Both the position numbers and the translations under genes were made by a program. Below the pieces are notes generated by a model. The model saw only the letters and a program-made list of their open reading frames with translations. It was not told the origin of the DNA and ran no database searches. Shown one piece after another: positions 58,151 to 64,000 of a stretch of DNA of 64,000 nucleotides (position 1 is its first letter; every line of letters starts with the position of its first letter). This DNA comes from Candidatus Thorarchaeota archaeon. GTDB lineage: Archaea > Asgardarchaeota > Thorarchaeia > Thorarchaeales > Thorarchaeaceae. The stretch covers positions 1 to 64,000 of the forward strand of contig JBHLQM010000004.1 in the NCBI GenBank assembly GCA_048884785.1, in the 5' to 3' direction.

Positions 58151-58627
58151 CTAGAATTCTTTATCGGTACAGTACCCTCTCTGAACTCTTCCGGGTACTC
58201 CCTCGAAGGTACGTCCATTGCCTGAGTGGTGTTTAGATTTTCGCCGCAGGACCCCCATGAATGGTTTGCTCATATCTAAAACATGATCGGAAGTATCAAT
58301 GGGATGTTCCAGTTCGAAAAATTGCCCGCTATATCCTCGAGCTAATTGCATTGATTCATTGTATACTGTAATTCTGCCGTTTCTCAGGAGATAGCCTTTT
58401 TCCACCTCAATCTCATCTATTTCATCATTCCAAAGAATAAGGTCTATCTGTGCAGTTTCATCAGCAACTTTGGCTTGAGCTACTCTGTAGCTCTTCCCGG
58501 ATTTCTTTGACCTTACTATTCTAGGCGTGTTTAGCTCAACTACCTTAAAACGGACTGAAATCCTGTGGCTAGTAATCTTTAGTTGGTTGATCTTTAGATT
58601 GTTTTCTACTATTTCTTCTTGAGGCAT
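58151..58627 (-). CDS. Single OB-fold ssDNA-binding (SSB/RPA-like) protein with basic tail
   Basis: VAQAKVADETAQIDLILWND motif. Confidence 0.8.
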   Translation of the reverse strand: MPQEEIVENNLKINQLKITSHRISVRFKVVELNTPRIVRSKKSGKSYRVAQAKVADETAQIDLILWNDEIDEIEVEKGYLLRNGRITVYNESMQLARGYSGQFFELEHPIDTSDHVLDMSKPFMGVLRRKSKHHSGNGRTFEGVPGRVQRGYCTDKEF

Positions 58628-58821
58628 TTCTAATTGACCACACTATAATATTCTTCTACTGAGGTTAAGAACACCTACTCGTTGAGAATTCAGAGTTCCG
58701 CCTATACTTTCCGACACAATTGGCTCTAGAACCTTCTCGCTCCAACTTCTGCAATTCAGTACGATTCATAAGGCACTCAGCTTAAAATACGCCAAACCTC
58801 ATACAACTGGATAGAATACGA

Positions 58822-59223
58822 ATGACAGTCCGCATATTTCTTGTTGATGATGAACCAGCGGTACCAAAACTTGTGGGCATCTACCTCAGAAGCTTTCTTG
58901 ATGATTTTGAGGTCATGAGCTCAACCAGCGGATTGAAGGCGATTGAGAAGATTTCCCTAATCGTGAGGGGTGGCTACTTAGACAGAATTCCTGATATCAC
59001 CGTCCTCGATTTTAGAATGCCAGGAATGGGTGGACTTGAAACTGCGTCAAAACTAAAGGAGTTAGGTGTTCCTAATATCTATATTCTCACAGCGTACATC
59101 AGCCCTGAACTAATAGAAGCAGCAACAACTATTGGAGTAAAGGGAATAATGAGAAAGAGTGAGGGTTTCAAAGAGATAGCTCGTCGAATTGCAGATGCGG
59201 CTAGAGCATTACAAACCTCATGA
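58822..59223 (+). CDS. Stand-alone response regulator receiver
   Basis: LVDDE, LDFRMPGMGG, LTAY, conserved Lys. Confidence 0.9.
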   Translation: MTVRIFLVDDEPAVPKLVGIYLRSFLDDFEVMSSTSGLKAIEKISLIVRGGYLDRIPDITVLDFRMPGMGGLETASKLKELGVPNIYILTAYISPELIEAATTIGVKGIMRKSEGFKEIARRIADAARALQTS

Positions 59224-59277
59224 TTTATCAACAAAACCCTTTTCAGAATGCAGCAATCTATTGATTTGCTTGAATAA

Positions 59278-60909
59278 GTGGAGGTATCTGATTTGGCACG
59301 CTCTCACTCTAAAATTGCATTTGCGTTATTTGCTCTATTCTTTGCTATGCTATTCATTTCTGGCTCTATGTCAACAGCGCAGGCACAGAGTTTCGGAGAT
59401 GACTGGATTGAAGATGAGGATGAAAAACTGCATATCCTCTTGACATTTGATGGTAGGTCGGCAACTACGGCAACTGAATCTAATCCTATAGTCATACCTC
59501 GAAATGAACCAATGGAACTACATCTAGAAATCAATGTGACCAATGATGTTCCACTTAATGTTAGTGGAGTGATAACTTTTTACTTCAATGATATTCCAGT
59601 GCTTCCTATTCAAATCCAGAATCCTGTTACGGAATCTGCATGGGTGCCTGTTGATCCAGTTTTAGGCATTATCCCAGTCACTTACCTATTCAATCTAAGT
59701 GATTATCTTGAAGTAGGCCCTGTTGATTTGATGACAGGGATATACCAGTCCCGATTATCTTTCAGCTTTTATGAAATAGATCCTTCTGATTCCGTGCGTT
59801 CATCAGTGTTACATACTGTTTACACAGAGTTTTATTTTATACTCCCTGTTGAGAATCCTCTACAGGTGATTACCACCGTTGCAGGTTTGATAACAACTGG
59901 CTCCACTATTGCTGCTGTAGGTGGAGTTGGTTTGAATATACAAAAGATACTCGAGGCTATCCAGACAGCTCACAAAGCTAAAAGTATTCACAAGAAAACG
60001 GGAGAAATTAGATCTCTTCCAAATCTAATGGTTATAGGTGCTCTCCCATTGCTTTTCTCTATGCTATCGAGTATGGTTTCAGTTAAGAAAAAGAAGAGAA
60101 AAGATGCTGTTGAAGATCAACCTGATAGCGTTAGTGAATATCGTCTCAGGCAAAGACTACGCGAAACAGCTCCTGAGGCCTGGCAAGTTGATAAATGTCC
60201 AAGATGCAAACGCGACTGGGACAAGAAAACAAACACCTGCAAGAAGTGCAAGATTGATGTTGATACCGGGCGGCAAGAATACGCTGAGTACCTTTCAACT
60301 AAGACTGAGAAAGCTATCAAAGTTGTAGGGAAGAAGAAATCAATTTCTATTCAAAAACTCTCAAAAGCAATCAAAACCAACGAGTATAACGCCGGAGTCA
60401 TTGGAGCTGCAATGGTGGATACTGGCGTAACAGAGATACAAAAGATTGACACGCCATTCAGGAGTTTTATTATCAATATTGGTGGTCTAATCTTTCTAAT
60501 CCTAACTTGGCAACAGCTACTTGGTGGTGCCGCAAGTAAGTTCCAGACCACACTGACATTTGTGGGTGCTGGGCTCTCTCTCGCAGTTATCATAGCTCTC
60601 TACGTAGCTAGAAAAACTCAGATCGAGAAGCTCAGAGTTGAAGTCGAGGATGGGGGTAAGCTAATGCCAACTGAGGCGGAGAGAGAGGCCAAAGATGAAA
60701 TCCCTGAAGCTGAATCGCTCCCGTCAGAGGACGAGCCGTACGAAGAAGCAACCGATGAGGAAACAGCAGACGAAGAATCTGACGATTATGCGGATGAAGA
60801 AGTATCTGAATTACAGGAGGAGATTGACGAAGAATGGTCTGAAGATTCCGATCTTGATGATGACTCAGATTCATTGCCTCCAGAGCGACTTGACAAAGAG
60901 AGGAAATAG
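59278..60909 (+). CDS. Hypothetical membrane protein: exported beta domain, TMs, zinc ribbon, acidic tail
   Basis: Signal-like N-terminus; CPRC..CKKC; D/E-rich C-terminus. Confidence 0.75.
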   Translation: MEVSDLARSHSKIAFALFALFFAMLFISGSMSTAQAQSFGDDWIEDEDEKLHILLTFDGRSATTATESNPIVIPRNEPMELHLEINVTNDVPLNVSGVITFYFNDIPVLPIQIQNPVTESAWVPVDPVLGIIPVTYLFNLSDYLEVGPVDLMTGIYQSRLSFSFYEIDPSDSVRSSVLHTVYTEFYFILPVENPLQVITTVAGLITTGSTIAAVGGVGLNIQKILEAIQTAHKAKSIHKKTGEIRSLPNLMVIGALPLLFSMLSSMVSVKKKKRKDAVEDQPDSVSEYRLRQRLRETAPEAWQVDKCPRCKRDWDKKTNTCKKCKIDVDTGRQEYAEYLSTKTEKAIKVVGKKKSISIQKLSKAIKTNEYNAGVIGAAMVDTGVTEIQKIDTPFRSFIINIGGLIFLILTWQQLLGGAASKFQTTLTFVGAGLSLAVIIALYVARKTQIEKLRVEVEDGGKLMPTEAEREAKDEIPEAESLPSEDEPYEEATDEETADEESDDYADEEVSELQEEIDEEWSEDSDLDDDSDSLPPERLDKERK

Positions 60910-60918
60910 ATGCCTATT

Positions 60919-60962
60919 GTGGTAGCAGGGGTAGCCTGCCCCGCTACCATCTGACTCTTTTA
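60919..60962 (+). terminator. GC-rich hairpin followed by T-tract
   Basis: GTGGTAGC-A-GGGGT..GCCCC-GCTACCAT, then ctgactctttta. Confidence 0.55.
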
Positions 60963-61131
60963 TTCCTAATACCCCGAATCATCCCTGGGTTTCTCTGTTG
61001 GTTTACTCCCGATTATCCCGACTGCCTTACTTCGTTTGGCATTTGGCATATATGGATTCTGAATAGCAATGTCCTATATTGGTAAGAGTGATTAGGGAGG
61101 AGATTCAGCAATGGGCAAGGGATGAACTGCT

Positions 61132-62493
61132 ATGGTCAATCACATTGCCATTATAGGATGTGGTGCTGCTGGTGCGACAGCGGCAATGCAAGCCCGCAAA
61201 TTCAATCGTGATGTCAAGATTTCTATCTTCAATACTGAGAAGTATTCTCAGTACTCTCGATGCGGTCTTCCATATACAATCTCTGGTAAAGTCAAGGAGT
61301 TTGAAGATTTGGTCCTCATGGCTCCTGAAAATTGGAATGCAATCAAAGTGGAAGCGTACCTCGGATCAATAGTCACAGAGATTGAACATGAAAAACGAGT
61401 TCTAAGCTATGAAGGTACTGATGGAATAGGGAGTATAGAATATGATGCTTTGATATTTGCTACAGGAGCAGAAAATGCTGATCCACCCATCAAAGGATTA
61501 GAAAAACAACGCGTATACGGGTTGCGAACACTTGATGATGCAAAGGCACTCGCTGTTGAAGCCGAAAAGGCGAGGAATATTGTTGTTGTTGGAGGCGGTC
61601 TTGTGGGCATGGAAACCGCAGAGGCATTTCACGAACGAGGTGTGAGTGTAACGGTAATTGAATTCTTACCCAATATCCTATTGGCAATGGTGGACCCCGA
61701 TTATGCAACAATTGTTGAAGATCATTGCATTGAGCATGGTATTGAGATTCTTACAAATACAGCAGCTCAGGAAATCCTCGGAGGAGATGCCCCTGAAGCT
61801 GTTCTGGCAAAAAGCAGAGTTACAAATGAAAGTATTACAATCCCAGCCGATGCCGTTGTTGTTGCCACAGGTGTTAGGGCAAAAACTGAGCTGGCTCAGA
61901 AAATTGGAGTCAAGGTTGGCCCAACTCGAGGAATAATAGTCGATGAAAACATGATGACGAATATCGACAAGGTGTATGCATGTGGGGACTGTGCTGAGCA
62001 TGTAGATTTCATAACCCGAAAGCCCATGACTGGAGGGCTTGGTACAGTTGCAGTAAGACAAGGCCGTGTTGCTGGAATCAACGCTGCAGGAGGAGATGTT
62101 TCATTCCCTGGAATTGTTGGAGCAAAAGTAACAAAGCTTTTTGGCATGGAGATTGCAAGTACCGGACTTACTGAAGATTTAGCAAAGCGATTTGAAGTAG
62201 AAGTTGCAAAGGGTTCGATTAAGGGGGGAACAAAGCCACCATATTATGTCGGCGGTCATGAATTAAAAGTGAAGACATATTATAACAAAGAAACAGGCAA
62301 GCTCGTCGGAGGACAACTCCTCGGCGTGGAAGATGCTGCAATGAGGATTAATGTGATAACCCTTGGAATACAGCAGAATATCGATGCATTAGATCTATTT
62401 GACTTCGAAAACTGCTATGCACCGGCTATATGCGACACATGGGATCCATTGGTCCAATCGGCTGATGCCGCACGTCGAAGATTAAAGCTATAG
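61132..62493 (+). CDS. NADH oxidase/CoA-disulfide reductase family flavoprotein
   Basis: GCGAAG, redox Cys in SRCGLPY, GGGLVG, YACGDC, C-terminal YAP. Confidence 0.92.
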   Translation: MVNHIAIIGCGAAGATAAMQARKFNRDVKISIFNTEKYSQYSRCGLPYTISGKVKEFEDLVLMAPENWNAIKVEAYLGSIVTEIEHEKRVLSYEGTDGIGSIEYDALIFATGAENADPPIKGLEKQRVYGLRTLDDAKALAVEAEKARNIVVVGGGLVGMETAEAFHERGVSVTVIEFLPNILLAMVDPDYATIVEDHCIEHGIEILTNTAAQEILGGDAPEAVLAKSRVTNESITIPADAVVVATGVRAKTELAQKIGVKVGPTRGIIVDENMMTNIDKVYACGDCAEHVDFITRKPMTGGLGTVAVRQGRVAGINAAGGDVSFPGIVGAKVTKLFGMEIASTGLTEDLAKRFEVEVAKGSIKGGTKPPYYVGGHELKVKTYYNKETGKLVGGQLLGVEDAAMRINVITLGIQQNIDALDLFDFENCYAPAICDTWDPLVQSADAARRRLKL

Positions 62494-62520
62494 AGTTAGG
62501 GGCGATAGGTGGTTTTCCTC

Positions 62521-62979
62521 TCATGTCCCTGGGCCTGCAATGATATGTGCATTGTCTAGAGCGTATTGAAGGGAGCTAAGCTGGGTAGGCGAGCCCACGA
62601 CAATGATTACTTTCTCAATCTGACACCCTTTCTGACAATGTGTGTGAATTGCCCGTACTATCTCTTCGGCCACTTCCCAGCTAGGTATTCGTGATGTTTC
62701 AAATCCGGTTGTGAAAAAACATACTGATTTCTCAGAGAGCGAATCAGCCTTTTCTAGAGCATTTGTTACAGCATTGAACAGATTCTTTCTTCTTTGAGGA
62801 TCCCCCATTGATATGGAAGGCCAAAAGTCTCTATTTCTTGCAGAACTCGATTCTTGGATTGTGATACCCATGCCCAACCCTATCTCTATGTTCTTTGTAG
62901 CAACTGATAGGCCAATGTCTTTATCATCAAAAGGTCCCATTTGCGCCTTTACAGATATTTCCTGGAACAACCACTCCAT
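62521..62979 (-). CDS. Degenerate macro-domain-like protein
   Basis: NAL..AD....KSVCF..TG....IP..EVAEEIV..I pattern. Confidence 0.5.
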   Translation of the reverse strand: MEWLFQEISVKAQMGPFDDKDIGLSVATKNIEIGLGMGITIQESSSARNRDFWPSISMGDPQRRKNLFNAVTNALEKADSLSEKSVCFFTTGFETSRIPSWEVAEEIVRAIHTHCQKGCQIEKVIIVVGSPTQLSSLQYALDNAHIIAGPGT

Positions 62980-63167
62980 TTTCTGACCCCTTGTCCTATG
63001 TTACCCACCATCTATTGCATTTATTCAGCAATTAATGTCCATTCAATATGTCATCATTCCGTAAAAAAATAGCTGTAATGAGCGAAAATATCTCACATGA
63101 GGGATCGCATTCCAAACCCAGGGACTACCCTAGTCAGAGCACAATCCTTTTTGGTGGAAAGTAAGTC

Positions 63168-63761
63168 TTGCGCTTGGCGAGAAACCTGAACGATGTAACT
63201 CATGAGGAATACCTGCATCTCTGTAAGAAATATGGCACTCCAATGAAGTGTCATTTTGAGGCTAAATTCCTAGATTTTGAATGCGACCTCGTCCGATCAA
63301 GCTCCTCAAAGGGGCGACAACATGACATAACATGCTTCATTCCACGTGATGATGGGTGGGTCACTATTCAGAAGCATGCATACTCAGGGACCGGAATTTT
63401 CAGAGCACCTTCTGGGGGAGCTCATTTTGGCGAATCTCTCGAGATTGCGGCAGAGCGGGAGATGAAGGAAGAAACTGGATTGGATATTGAACTGAAGCAT
63501 TTCATGGTAGATATCTCGCTTGAAGTTAAGTGCAGCGAAGGAATTATTCCATGGAGGTCTCTAGTGTTTCTTGCGGAAGCTGTGGGCGGTGAGATGAAGG
63601 CCATTGATACCGATGAGATATCCGATGTGAGGGTGTCTCTTAGAGAGGACATGCTTGGACCAATCAATCAGCTTATGGAGAACTCAGGCTGGGGAGGTTT
63701 TGCGTACAGGGCTTTCCTTACAACTAAGTTCTTTGAAGCACTAGATGGTGAGCGAAAGTAG
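63168..63761 (+). CDS. NUDIX hydrolase
   Basis: Nudix box GGAHFGESLEIAAEREMKEETGL. Confidence 0.92.
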   Translation: MRLARNLNDVTHEEYLHLCKKYGTPMKCHFEAKFLDFECDLVRSSSSKGRQHDITCFIPRDDGWVTIQKHAYSGTGIFRAPSGGAHFGESLEIAAEREMKEETGLDIELKHFMVDISLEVKCSEGIIPWRSLVFLAEAVGGEMKAIDTDEISDVRVSLREDMLGPINQLMENSGWGGFAYRAFLTTKFFEALDGERK

Positions 63762-63780
63762 GAATACCTGTTATCCCGAT

Positions 63781-64000
63781 TTATTGATTCCATTTGCTCA
63801 GTGCTCGCTCCATGCACTCGATTGCTGCAAGGATGTGTGGTTTAGCATCTACCAGCAATTGGGATCCCATTGTCCTTTTTTCAACGGTGAATTCCTCCCC
63901 TTTCCAATTTCTCTCAACGCTAAATGGAAACAGTTCTGAGAATATCCTTAGTTTCTCAGCTGCATGCTTGTACTGATGCGATGCTTCAGCAAGATCTTCA
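63781..64000 (-). CDS. C-terminal part of a hypothetical protein (start outside the window)
   Basis: Open minus frame ...EDLAEASHQYKHAAEKLRIFSELFPF...ECMERALSKWNQ* ending at TAA 63781-63783. Confidence 0.65.
   Translation of the reverse strand, partial: EDLAEASHQYKHAAEKLRIFSELFPFSVERNWKGEEFTVEKRTMGSQLLVDAKPHILAAIECMERALSKWNQ

Noticed and set aside
1-64000. rRNA, tRNA, transposase or integrase genes
   Set aside because: No recognisable signatures by eye; a short or intron-containing tRNA cannot be fully excluded without tRNAscan-SE

Overview
Gene-dense archaeal DNA, most likely from an Asgard archaeon (Thorarchaeota-like). This is an inference from two Rab-like GTPases, a 24-aa 'IDLTPLSSC' LRR protein, multi-PAS kinases and a CxxxY-type CcmE. 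I saw no rRNA, tRNA, CRISPR array or transposase. The centrepiece is a ~23.5 kb respiratory/electron-transfer island (23.2-46.7 kb) with three parts. (1) A membrane-anchored multiheme cytochrome c with 7 CxxCH motifs plus a CxxCM and a CX5CH motif. (2) A System I* cytochrome c maturation set (ccmABCEF), plus a ccmD-like ORF missing from the ORF track. (3) Two modules, each headed by an exported monoheme cytochrome c, one of them fused to a cytochrome b561-like domain; together they carry three FAD-oxidoreductase/HdrD-GlcF Fe-S pairs and a desaturase-like flavoprotein. Elsewhere the window holds two multi-PAS histidine kinases, a DNA-repair trio, Rab-like GTPases, a 2107-aa almost wholly transmembrane protein and housekeeping enzymes. 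All calls come from motif reading by eye; no searches were run.
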